Shown: one piece after another, positions 38,761 through 51,000 of the stretch | Position numbering within the stretch: position 1 is the stretch's first letter | How the letters are laid out: each line of letters starts with the position of its first letter | Source: Callorhinchus milii | Taxonomy: Eukaryota | Reading direction: 5' to 3' | Length of the DNA: 54,091 bases | NCBI RefSeq assembly: GCF_018977255.1 | Contig: NW_024705331.1 | Coordinates: forward strand, 1 to 54,091 | The notes under the pieces: model-generated | Told to the model about the DNA's origin: nothing | Databases searched by the model: none | What the model saw: only the letters and a program-made list of their open reading frames with translations | Made by a program: the position numbers and the translations under genes

Positions 38761-39140
38761 CCCCCGCCCACGAACTCTCGTCCCAACGCGACGCCACTCA
38801 CCTTGCCATCATGTATAGTGGGCGATTGGGGCGTGCGTTCATCCTGCATATATGTGTTTATACAGTGTTGTTCTGCATCGGTGACCACAGGAGGGGGAGA
38901 GGCGCTTTCTTCTCATTTTTTTCTTGATTTGTCACACACTCATTCTGATGGTTAACAAATAATTTCTTGTACAATTGTATTTTTTTTGACAGCCGGGTCG
39001 GCTGGAGGCTACGTAGAGGGGGGTAATGTAGTGACATAAGAAGGGAGGGGCTGCTGGGGGCTCTGGGTTCCCAGGTGGGTCCAGACGCTTAAGCCTCTGG
39101 GCGCCAGGCACTGGGTTCCCAGGGGGTCCAGAGGCTTAAG

Positions 39141-39696
39141 CCGGACCCGCGCCGCCTCTGCCGTGTGCCCCGCGCACGCTCCGTGTGGCCCTCGCCCACA
39201 CCGCGGCCACTCTGCTTCCTCCGTGTGCCCCTCCGCATATGCCACCAGCCACACCGCTGGTCCGTGTGCCCCCGCACACCCTGCTGGCCACTCGCTAGCT
39301 ACGTGTGCTCCGCACACTCTGCTAGCCCCTCCACACTCTGCTAGCCCCGGCACCCCCACGCACACCGCTGGCCTACGGTGCGCGTCGGTCTCCATCCACG
39401 TGGCAAATGGCACCACTTCTCCGCCACTGCCCAGCGTGGCTTCCTCCCTATTCTCACTCTCTTCCAACCTCTCGATCTCTTCCGGCTCTCTCCTTATATC
39501 CTCCCCCTCACGTGATCCTGACTCCTCCTTCCCGTATTGCCCCCGTCTCCGCCCCCGCTCACCCCGTCTCCCATTGGAGCCGAGGTGAGCAGTGGCTCCT
39601 CCCACACGCTCCGTTGACCAGGCTCCGCCCCCCAATACTCCGGGCCGTGTGAGTGGCGCGGAGGCCAGCAACCACCCTATTCTTGCTCGCATTACA
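39141..39696 (-). mobile_element. Unrelated LTR-like segment in inverse orientation, replacing the rest of the 3' LTR
   Basis: Minus strand starts TGTAATGCGAG (compare LTR-B TGTAATGCGGG) and has a TATA-like GATATAAG. No match to the 5' LTR beyond 39140. Confidence 0.55.
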
Positions 39697-40002
39697 CATG
39701 CATGCGTCCGATCACTCATTCATCCACATGAACATGTTTATTCCACCTGCATTAAACATCATCGCCAGACTTAATGATATTTAACCTCTAATCCAGACAT
39801 GCATGTTAATGTACAGGCCATTTATATTAATCGAATGCTTGATAAAGGCCCCCCCCCCCATGCCTTGTACGTCATTAGGGTCATATGACCATACTTAAAT
39901 TATTTGTTATAACCCGAGCATGACTTCGCAGGTCATTTGATGTCAGAGATACCATCCATGTGGCTGTGCCTTCAGATTGGAGACAACTATGGCAGCAGCG
40001 AG

Positions 40003-40846
40003 TAGGCCTCGGCAAGGTAAGGTAATTTACCCTTTTTACCGGGTAAAAGGGTAAAGGTAAAGATGTCGACATGCCAAGGGGTAAGGTAAAAGGTAGGGTA
40101 AAGGTAGCTCGGAAGAATTACCCGGTAGGGTAAAGGTAGCGCGAAGTATTACCCGGTAAATACAGTACCTAGTTTACCGCTAAAAGCTCAGTGGCGCAGT
40201 CCGTGGCCTCCATTTAATAAGTTATATTTTAAAAAACTTTCTTAAAAACACGCTTTTATGAAATGTACTAGTAATGGAAGAACTCCACGACTCCAGGAAG
40301 TGGCCCCGAAGCTTGCCACAACGTAAGGGACCGTGGTGATTTACAGCCAACGTCAGTTGACCATGGACAATTAGACCCAAGCCGAAACATAACATATAAA
40401 AAAGGATTTTATGATAGAATATAGTGTTGTCATCAGTATGACATAAGTGTACCAAGTTTCCAGTCGATACCACATTAGGAAGTGGGTAAAAATTTTGTTA
40501 CAAGATTTGAGGATACGACAACAACGTCAACAACAACAATGACAACACCAACAAGCGTGTAAAATTGGAATCGAGAGTATTCTATATGAATAAAGCGCTC
40601 TACCCAGCATTTACCGTTATAAACCTTGTTCATGTGTAGTTCCCTAGTAATTACCCTGTAATTGGGTAATTTATATGGGGTAAGGGTAAAAGGTAGGCTC
40701 GTTGCTTTTTACCTTTTAACTTTTACCTTACCTGCTAAAGAGTAAAAGGTAGGGTAGAGTGATTGTATTGTGGTAAGGTAAAAGGTAGGGTAAAAATAGG
40801 CTCGTTGTTTTTACCTTTTAACTTTTACCTTACCTTGCCAGGCCTA
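40003..40846. mobile_element. Non-autonomous hAT element
   Basis: TIRs TAGGCCT(C)GGCAAGGTAAGGTAA / TTACCTTACCTTGCCAGGCCTA, 8-bp TSD GCAGCGAG, and many subterminal GGTAAA repeats. Confidence 0.9.
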
Positions 40847-43079
40847 GCAGCGAGTGTCTGAACATGAAGGCAGACTCCTCCCCAATGTTGAATAACATTC
40901 AATACATGTAATGTAGGGCACAATTGTGCCAGCAATCAACACAATCATTGTAGACATGTTATTCATATTCTAAGAGATTTAAACAGGTTTGTTATGCATG
41001 TTTTAAATGCTGACTCACTTGGGGTCTAAACAATGACAGTAATAGCAACATATCAGGGCTTGCCAAGTTACTTATCCAACAGTCCTTGTTTCAGTTTCAT
41101 TAATACTGGTAGGAACCTCCTGGTTACACCAGCCCACAGGGGATTATTATGTCCGTCCGTCGTGCAGGGAGGGCCTGGGTGGGGGGGAGGGGAGGGTAGG
41201 GAGGGGCTGGGTGGGGAGGTTGGGGAGGGGCTGGATGGGGAGGGTGGGGCTGGGTGGGGAGGGGCTGGTCACCCCGTGGTGCCCTTATAAAACTCAACGT
41301 TTAACCTACTCACGCCGGCTTGTGCCCGCCCTCACAGTCGGCCATATTTGCGGAATACACCACGCCGCCGTTGACCCTGGCCATTGACCGAGCAACCCAA
41401 CGTTCCTACCAGCTCCCTCCGCAGGAATGTGTTGTTTTATAACCCTGTGAGCCATGCGGCTCTTGACTCGGGTGCAACCGCAAAAAAAAAAGCGAGAAAC
41501 ATCACAACAGAAAAATCCTGGATAAAACAGCAAAGTCTTCCAGAATAAACACCGGATTTCAATGATGTGTGCAAAAATCCCAGTGGGATGCAAGTCAAAC
41601 AATAACAACCATAAGACAATGTAGATTAAAGTTATCGGGCTAACTCTGTACTACAACAAACAAACATGGCTAAACAAAACGTTTTCAAAATCACCAAAAT
41701 AAAGCTATAAAAACAATGTAACAGTGATCATAGGAACTGTGATTCAAATTTAACAATAAACGATACATGTAACATGTACGACCAAACTTTGCAGCTATAG
41801 TTGGCTGCATGAGTCACTCCACAACAGCAGGAGTATCAGTAGCAGAATATAATTTTTCAATGCACCTTTAAAAATCAGCACACTATAATCAAAAATCAAG
41901 ATCGTAGAGTTCTGCCCTTACTAGTACGGTACATTTCATTAAAGCGTGTTTTTAAAAAAAGTGTTTTTAAATATTACTTATTTCTATCGATGTTCCAAAA
42001 TCCGACCTTTTCACGCGGTGTTTCTTCATCTCGTGTACATTCGCACACTGCCCAGGCGCATTTCTTTAGAACGACTCATTCTTTCAGAATTGCCTTCTGC
42101 GTTTAGTTTGTTGTCCTGCCCCTGCACCTCCTCCGATTAACACGGTTGGCTATGTACGGTGGGAAAGAAGTTAAACGTACGTAAAGCACGCTAGCAACGT
42201 TTAAAGGAGTCTGCGCTTTAATCTTGTATCTCGTAACCAATCCGTGCGTACGGTGCTGGTAAACATCGTGTTCAACAGACGTTCACATATCGGACGTATC
42301 CGCATATACCTTGGTACCACGGTGAGTTTGATACGCACTCCCGCCCCCCCCCCCCCCCTACAACAGGTAGACAAACTGTGGCATAATTGTGGATTTTCAG
42401 GAGGGCCTATAATAGCACCCCATCAACATTGATTGCCATAAAGATGTCAGGAGCAGTAAAAAAACCTCTATGAGTGCAGTCTGACAAGGTATGATCATCA
42501 AACTGCCAGTGCCAACTGTTTCTGCTTGGTCAGAGAGTGGTGCAATTATTCCCTTTAGAATTCCAGATCATGCTCTTGGGTTAGGTTTAGTCTGGCCTTA
42601 ATCCAGATGCAAATGTGCACCAACTATATAGTCAGTCAGGAAGTTATTTTGGGTAACGGCCATTTAGCTAAGCATGTATTTTTCACTGGTGACCTACACT
42701 GGTCATAGCAGCAATAAACAAATGATTTTCCAAATGTGCCCCATGGTTTTCGTTGTTTGTTTACCCATGTCTGTGCACGAGATCGCCCTCTCTAAGTGTT
42801 GAGTAGGGGGAGCAGGGGTTGTCATCGCCCGGCGAACTCTTGAGCGCGCACACGCGGTACCCAAAAACCCAACACTTTGCCACGAGCATGGCGCAGCCAC
42901 GCGAGACTTAGTGCCGCTTGTGCAACAGGGTGGCGTGGCAGCCGGCGAAGAAGGCTTCACGAGCACTAATTACGTAATAATAACAATACCGTGTGGTAAT
43001 ACTTGTGCTCTACTAAATTTCAGAATGATGTAAAGGATGTTTTGTGGGGGTTGTTTTTCTACGAGCAGAAGTGTGGGTT

Positions 43080-43879
43080 ACATTAAAACCAACAAAATCA
43101 TTTCTGATTCAACCGCATTAATTGATCAAACCAAACAGTTCTCGTTGAAACCTTCTGCAGCCAGGCCACCAAGATTATATGGCTTGCCAAAGATACATAA
43201 AGAAGATACACCTCTTCGTCCCATTGTCTACACTATCAACTCCCCCACCTACAAACTGGCTCGTTTTTTGTCTGAAATCCTGCGGCCTTTCACTGGAAAA
43301 ACCACCTCTGCGGAACTAAACTTTACTGACCTGGTATCGACAATCAAGGGAATTTCCGTCCCCAGACGACCTGCCTGTTAGTTTTGATGTGGTTTCCTTA
43401 TTCACCAAAGTTCCTGTACCTGACACCATCGCAATCATTGAAGACTTGGTTCATCAAGGACTGAATACTGGGGTACCCCCCCTGGTGAGACACTGCTTAA
43501 CCAATACATACTTCACCTGGAATGGAACTTTCTACAAACAAACTGAGGGCACCCCAATGGGCTCCCCCCTATCTCCGGTTGTAGCCAACGTTTTCATGGA
43601 GAAATTTGAGACTGACGCCATCCAGACTGCCACTCTACGCCCGACCTTATGGAAGAGGTACGTAGATGACACTTATGTCCTCGACCACATCAATTCCATA
43701 CACCCAGCCATCAGATTCACCATGGAAGTCGAAAAAGATGGCAAGCCCTAATTAAAAGTAGACCTGATGGTTCAATGAGCCACTCTGTCTACAGGAAAGC
43801 CACCCATACAGATGCTTACCTAAAACCGGATTCCCACCACCATCCATCCCAGAAGAATTCACTCATCAAGACTCTATAC
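43080..43879 (+). pseudogene. Penelope-like retroelement reverse transcriptase fragment
   Basis: [77 protein letters not shown]...HHPS. Frameshifted. Confidence 0.9.
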
Positions 43880-45113
43880 CAGGGGTCCTCAAACTTTTTA
43901 AACAGGGGGCCAGTTCACTGTCCCTCAGACCGTTGGAGGGCCGGACTATAGTTAAAAAAAACTATGAACAAATTCCTATGCACACTGCATATATCTTATT
44001 TTGAAGTGAATAAACAAAACGGGAAAAATACAATATTTAAAATGAAGAACAAGTAAAGTTAAATCAACAAACTTGCCAGTATTTCAATGGGAACTATGGG
44101 CCTGCTTTTGGCTAATGAGATGGTCAATGTCCGGTTCCATATTTGTCACTGCTAGTCGTAACAAGTGATGCAAGTGTGCATCCGTTAGTCTAGATCTGGT
44201 TGGAGATTTCAAATGTTTCATTCTGGAAAAAGTCTGTTCACAGACTTGTGCTGCCAAAGATGGTTGCCATTTTGAGTGCATGGTTCCTGAGATGAGGATA
44301 TGTCTCAGAGGAGAGAGATGCATAGAAATTATGAAGGCTGCTTGACTTGAATGCGTCTTTCAGAGAGTCACAATTCTGCAGTTCAACCAGTTCCATTTGG
44401 TAAATTGTATCCACATTTTCAATGTCAATAGAAAATGGGTTACGGAAAAGCTGTATGTCCTGTTCATGGAGATGAAGCTCTTTAAATCTAAATTGGAACT
44501 CCTTTTGCAATTTTTCCAGTGAATCCACACATGTTTTGTTTGGGAATGCAACCAATGGTTTTTCCGCTAACAGATTTTGAGTTGTGGGGAGATGGCAGAA
44601 GTTTTCCTCCTTCACTTGTTTGATGAGGAGGCCTAATTTTACTTCAAATGCTTGGACATGTGATTGCATATCACAGATGAGCTTCCCCTTTCCTTGAAGT
44701 TGCACATTGAAACTGTTGAGTAGCTCTGTTACATCTGTCAGAAAGGCAAGGTGCCATTTCCATTCTGCATCATTGAGCTCTGGTACTTCTTTGTTTTTTG
44801 AAAGCAAAAAAGCTGTAATCTGTGGAAGTAAGTCATAGAAACGTTTCAAAACTCTCCCTCGACTCAGCCAACGGACTTGTGTGTGGTACAGAACATCTTC
44901 ATAGTCAACATTTAGCTCCGACAGAAATTCCTGAACTTGTCTGTGGTTTAGTGCATGACCTCTAATGAAGTTAACACAAGATACCACAATTTTCATAACA
45001 GAGTCCCACTTCAGTGATTTACTACACAGCGCTTGTTGGTGGATGAGGCAGTATATGGCTATTGGATGAGAATGGTTATGTTTGTCCATCTCTTGGTTAA
45101 TGCGAGCAATTAC
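43880..45113 (-). mobile_element. 5'-truncated Charlie-group hAT (OposCharlie1/OC1-like) with C-terminal transposase
   Basis: Terminus CAGGGGTCCTCAAACTTTTTAAACAGGGGGCC preceded by ctctatac. ORF 45089-44238 (CLIHQQAL, VRWLSRG, LAFLTD) plus hATC end CEQTFSRMK...RSRLTD after a frameshift. Confidence 0.88.
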
Positions 45114-45642
45114 TGTATAGTAATACAGTATATAATTTAATGTTGGGTTTGTCTATGGCAGTATATAGTACAGGGTAAGCCCGTGTGATGTAAGAGAATA
45201 AAGTTTAGCTGGAAGCATATTATATTTTTTGCGACATAGAATTGTAATGTATTACTTACTGTTAGTAGTTCAGCTTATTGGAGAGTATATTTAGTATACT
45301 GATGATACTATGTAGTTTATACTTTAGTTGTTTACGTGGTGGTTTAGTTACTGCAGCTACATACTATTACCATTCCTTCCCTTTGTTAATGCTACCCCCA
45401 TCCCCTCCCTTTGATGCTGCTAATCCTGCATAATGCACGGGCATAATATGACTTTAAACCCCCCGCCCACCTCCTACGCATTTACAAGTAGTACTAATCC
45501 CATATCTGCATTTCCCATAAATATGCTAAATTCCTCTTGATATGCAAATTCTTTTGTCAAGGCGCTCTTCCCCTCCAACCCAGCTTAAATAGACGCTCCA
45601 AGCCTGGTGTGTTTCATTCAGACCTGTCTTCTCGACAGACCT

Positions 45643-45694
45643 GTTCTTCACCTGAGGACGGCTGCTTGCGTTGTGGCCGAAACGTCGTGAGAAT
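45643..45694 (+). ncRNA. Minimal hammerhead ribozyme motif at a Penelope 3' end
   Basis: ttcttcac-CTGAGGA-cggctgc...gtggcc-GAAAC-GTC-gtgagaa. Stems I and II pair. Confidence 0.65.
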
Positions 45695-45934
45695 TATTTT
45701 ATTATGTTTTATTTTTTTTTCCATTCTACGTGACTTTACCGAAAGAACCAAGAAGATTACTCCCACCTATTCCAAGGCGTCTTGCAAGCTTGGAAGAGTT
45801 CACCAAAAAATACCCTCTAGAACAGCACTCTAGAGTTATTTCTAGCAGAGGCCCTTTCACCAGCAGTGGCACAAATAAGCAATTGCAGGGGCTGTACCTT
45901 TACCTTGTATTACAGTTACTACGGTAGCGAAATA

Positions 45935-46212
45935 TTAACTACCTCGACTGGTATACACGAAGTCGTGGATTCGATCTCGACCCTGACATCAGCATATTTG
46001 GAGTTTGCATGTTCTCCCCGTGGTCGCGTGGATTTTTCTCTGGATCCCCCGGTTTTTCCCTCCACATTTAGAATATAAACATGCGTTCGGAGTATTTGGC
46101 TGCGATAAATTTCCAAGCGATAAGTCACTTCGTTTTTGCTATCATTCGTGGCCAGATCTCTTCTAAAAAGAGTTATATAGCTTAGTGGGCCTTCCCTGGT
46201 AAATAACAAAAA
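45935..46212 (+). mobile_element. Most complete V-SINE copy (tRNA head, V-domain, LINE-like tail)
   Basis: B-box-like GATTCGATCTC, then GGAGTTTGCATGTTCTCCCCGTGG...GGTTTTTCCCTCCAC, then tail ttccctggtaaataa followed by A-rich sequence. Confidence 0.8.
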
Positions 46213-48099
46213 AGTTTAGTAATTATTTCACGGCTATTATACGACAATCAAGCTAAGAAAATGTCCCCATGTTCATGCGAGCACTGGGGCGTCACCCATC
46301 TCCATTAGTGGTAATTCCATAGAGACTTTCTACAGGACAACCACCGATTCATTATTCCACAACACAACAGTCGTATATTTTGCAATAATCGCACACTCTG
46401 AGTGGAGTATTACAGCGATACCAGTGTTTGTCTCTGGAAATTTTCCGATTTACAATAAAGTGGAATGGTGGCGCAGTGCATTCACGTACAACTGGACCTC
46501 GAAGAGTTGCTCTTCATAGCCCATGTGACGGAAGACGTTTGATACCCGGCCCGAGGTTTAACATTCAAGATGCGGCGACACTTGAGCCAGCCTTGGCTCC
46601 CCTTCATCAACCTGCAATGACCAGTGTAGTGAGGGCCTAGTCAAACAACAACCATGACAAACATGTTGTGGGGAAGCCTTCAATCAGCAGTGAATTGGAC
46701 AATTATTTTGGTATGCCCCCCCCCAACCAGACTTCCAGACTTCGCAAAAACTACCCAACACGGCAATCAGATTTTTCTTCACGTTAAATCTTTTTTTTTC
46801 TTCCAAACTTGCAACTGAATAAAAAAATATCGGAATGAGAAGACAGTTTAGAACATACTGATTGTCCATGAACATTTTCAGTCGCATTTTGTTACCTAGG
46901 TCAAAGTTTATACATATTCGATTATCGATACCATCGTTCACACGTCCCTCCTGTTTAGGACGAGCCCTATGTACAACAAAATACTGCTGTGATTGACAGG
47001 ATGACTCGCGTCTAGACAAATGAAGTTTCTCGTCATGCACACCGCTGTGTGGAGAATTATGTAAACGCTGAGCACACGTTTTGTACGGGAACCACGTTGG
47101 AACAGTCATCAGATGTGACAGTGGTTCTCATTGCCACAACGTAAAATGTTAAACTCATAAACATCAAAGCAGCTGGCTTCTAGATCTCTGAAAACAACAA
47201 TGCGTGTCGCAGGTCTTTGGCAACCGTGTTGTTAAAACTGTGCACGATGGTCGTGCACACTCCAAGGGTGAATAATGTTAACAAATGTATGAATTTGTAT
47301 ACGACTTGCCACTATGAGCGCCGGTACTAAAGAGATGTTTGTTGTAGAGACAAAGGAAGTAACGATTGTCTACGAATTGCGGTTAAAAAAAGTGCATACA
47401 TGGCAATTCAGATTGGTTAATTTTCCAGTGGCCGTGAGTTGCAATGAAACTATGACTGTTGTTACAGCAACAGTGTGTGATGGATATCAACAGTATATCT
47501 ATTTTATGTTTTGCGTGACTTGTTATATCAGTGTTACAGATTAAATTTTTCCAAATTATTCCGGAAAAAATACATGGCATTTCAATAAGCTCACATATAT
47601 TGACGCACATACTGTATATGAGATAGATGCATTGCTTTGATAGTTGTTTATGCTTACCATTTTGTATGTTGAATTGTTTTCACTTGAGTAAATAATAGAA
47701 ACTGTAAGAATGATGATAAATTCGGTCTGCTTAATATCATTCCTCATTTATGTTTCGTAGTAAACTCATGCAACAGCATTCGTGTCAAAAGTATTCACCC
47801 GTGGTGTTATTCTAATGACCCATATGCACGAGTAGAGAAAGGCACGTATGATATGAATGGAATAATTGTACAGGCACAATTGTTTTAAAAACCACGAGCT
47901 GATTTCCCCACTCTTCATCTCAGCAATAAGAGTTAAGCAGGCGACAGTAAAGACGGCAGCTATGCCAAACTTAGACTTCAAAGTCACCGTTTCTCCACTT
48001 TCAAAGCCTCACTGAACTCTGCTCATCTCCGTTCGTGGTCCCTAGCCGGTGGTGGGAATTCCTCATTCCTATGGTGGAATCAGAATGTCCACACGATGA

Positions 48100-51000
48100 C
48101 CACACAGAGACCCACAGACTCACTACACAGAGAGACCCACAGACTCACCACACAGAGAGACCCACATACTCACCACACAGACCCACAGACTCACCACATA
48201 GAGACCACAGACTCACCAAAGAGACCACAGACTCACCACACAGAGACCCACAGACTCACCACCACATAGAGACCCACAGACTCACCACCACCCAGAGATC
48301 CACAGACAGCCGTCAAACCATGGCAACTGAGTTATTGTGGTGACGTCACCGCCACGAAGTTGTGAATGGCGACTGTTGATGTGTGTGAGTATGATGGTGA
48401 GTGTGGTGGTGAGTGTGGTGGTGAGTGTAATGGTGAGTGTGGTCGTGAGTGTGGTGGTGAGTGTGGTGGTGAGTGTGGTGGTGAGTGTCATAGTGAGTGT
48501 GATGGTGAGTGTCATGGTGTCATGGTGAGTGTGGTGGTGAGAGTGGTGGTGAGTGTGGTGGTGAGTGTGGTGGTGAGGTGATGGTGAGTGAGATGGTGAG
48601 TGTGGTGGTGAGTGTGGTGGTGGGTGTGGTGGTGAGTGTGGTGGTGAGTATCATGGTGAGTGTGGTGGTGAGTGTGATGGTGAGTGTGGTGGTGAGTATC
48701 ATGGTGAGTGTGGTGGTGAGTGTGATGGTGAGTGTGATGGTGAGTGTGGTGGTGAGTGCAGTGGTGAGTGTATCATGGTGAGTATCATGGTGAGTGTGAT
48801 GGTGAGTGTGATGGTGAGTGTGGTGGTGAGTATCATGGTGAGTGTGGTGGTGAGTGTGGTGGCGAGTGTGGTGGTGAGTGTATCATGGTGAGTGTGGTGG
48901 TGAGTGTGGTGGTGAGTGTCATGATGTCATGGTGAGTGTGGTGGTGAGAGTGGTGGTGAGTGTGGTGGTGAGTGAGATGGTGAGTGAGATGGTGAGTGTC
49001 ATGGTGAGTGTCAAGGTGAGTGTGGTGGTGAGAGTGATGGTGAGTGTGGTGGTGAGTGTGACATGTGAGTGTGTGGTGAGTGTGGTGGTGAGTGTGGTGG
49101 TGGTATCATGGTGAGTGTGGTGGTGAGGGGATGGTGAGGTGGTGGTGAGTAAGTGGTGAGTGGTGGTGAGTGTGGTGGTGAGTATCATGGTGAGTGTGGT
49201 GGTGAGGGTGATGGTGAGGGTGTGGTGAGTATGGTGGTGAGTGCGGTGGTGAGTGCAGTGGTGAGTGTGGTGGTGAGTGTGGTGGTGAGTGTGATGGTGA
49301 GTGTGGTGGTGAGTGTGGTGGTGAGTGAGATGGTGAGTGTGGTGGTGTCATGGTGAGTGTCATGGTGAGTGTGGTGGTGTGGTGGTGAGTGTGGTGGTGA
49401 GTGTGATGGTGAGTGAGATGGTGAGTGTGGTGGTAAGTGTGGTGGTGAGTGTGGTGGTGAGTGTGGTGGTGTGTATCATGGTGAATGTGGTGGTGAGTGT
49501 GGTGGTGAGTGTATCAAGGTGAGTGTGGTGGTGAGTGTGTGGTGGTGAGTGTGGTGGTGAGTGTATCATGGTGAGTGTGGTGGTGAGTGTGGTGGTGAGT
49601 GTGATGGTGAGTGTGGTGGTGAGTGTGATGGTGAGTGTATCATGGTGAGTGTGATGGTGAGTGTATCATGGTTAGTGAGTAATACTGAGTGTGAGTTTGA
49701 CTAATTCTCCCCCCTCTCCCTCTCGCTGTCTCTGCTTTCCCCCATAACTACCTCGCCTGGTATATAGGAGATTGTGGGTTCGATTCCGACCCTGATGCCT
49801 GCTGCTGTATATTTGGAGTTTGCCTGTCTGTTTCTCCCCGTGGTCGCGTGGATTTTTCTCCGGGTCCTCCGGTTTTTCCCTCCACATTTAGAAACATTCG
49901 TTTAAAGTTTTGACTTGACTGCAGGAATTCATATTATTGGTTCTTTCGGTAAAGTAACGTAAATAGAAAACAAAAAATCTATATATTTTTTAAAATATAT
50001 TTTTTTATACAAATTAAGAATAAATTGAAAATAGGAAAAGCGTTTTATCATATTTACTTTATTTTTTTCATTTCATTTCTTTTTTCTTTTTCTATATACA
50101 TGACTTTACCGAAAGAACCAAGAATTGAATATTCGTTGAAAGTATTTGGCTGCTATAATTTACACGTGATGATGAGCCACTTCGTTGAACTGACATTGGT
50201 GCCAAGTCGCTTCTGAAAAAGAGATGTTTAGCTCAGTGGACCTTACCTGGTGAAATGAAAATCGTTGAGACTTTAGTCGAGTTTTCTCTCTCCTTCCCGA
50301 GCACAACAACAAGCAGGAGCAAGGGGAGGAGCATTCTCCACTAAGTGGTGGCGACGACACCACGGCGCTTGTGCCAGGATATGTGCACCACAGATATCCA
50401 TCATAGAGACTCATAGAGTCATCACACATAGCCCTATACACTCACCACGCACAGACCCTCAGACTTGCACAGATAACCATAGACTCACCACAGAGACCCA
50501 TAGACTCATCAGACAGAGAATCACAGACTCAAACAGACCCACAGACTCGCACAGAGCCCTGTAGACTCTCCAAACAGAGACGCAGAGACTCACCACGCAG
50601 ATAAACATAGACTCACCACACAGATGCTCATAGACTCACCACACAGAGACCTATAGACTCATCACACAGAGACCCATAGATGCTTCACACAGGGACCCAT
50701 AGAGTCATACAAAAACGCATAGACTCATCACACAGAAACCACCGACTCAAACAGACTAGCACAGAGCCCGAAAGACTCACAAAACAGAGACACAAACTCA
50801 CCACACAGAGACCCATAGACTCACCACAGAGATCCATCGACAGACCCAAGGGCTTGCATGTGAATGTGTGGTGATGTAGTTGAAGGTGGAGGGGGTTACC
50901 AGCCCCTCGCACCCATCCAGAACTCCCTGTGGCCACTGTGGTGGCTGCGAGGCGACGTGAGGTTCACAGCTGGTCAGGGTTGGCCCCCCCCCCCCCAAAT

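Larger units (their letters stand above)
32785..39140 (+). mobile_element. Near-complete Ty3/Gypsy LTR retrotransposon
   Basis: 5' LTR 32785-33347, PBS TGGCGTCAGAGGTGG at 33350 (tRNA-Leu-like), gag-PR-RT-RH-IN order, PPT AGAGGGGGG at 39015, and a 3' LTR starting at 39027 that matches the 5' LTR for ~110 bp. Confidence 0.95.

Noticed and set aside
46300..48090. Possible exons or TE in an AT-rich unique stretch
   Set aside because: I found no recognisable protein motif, TIR or TSD.
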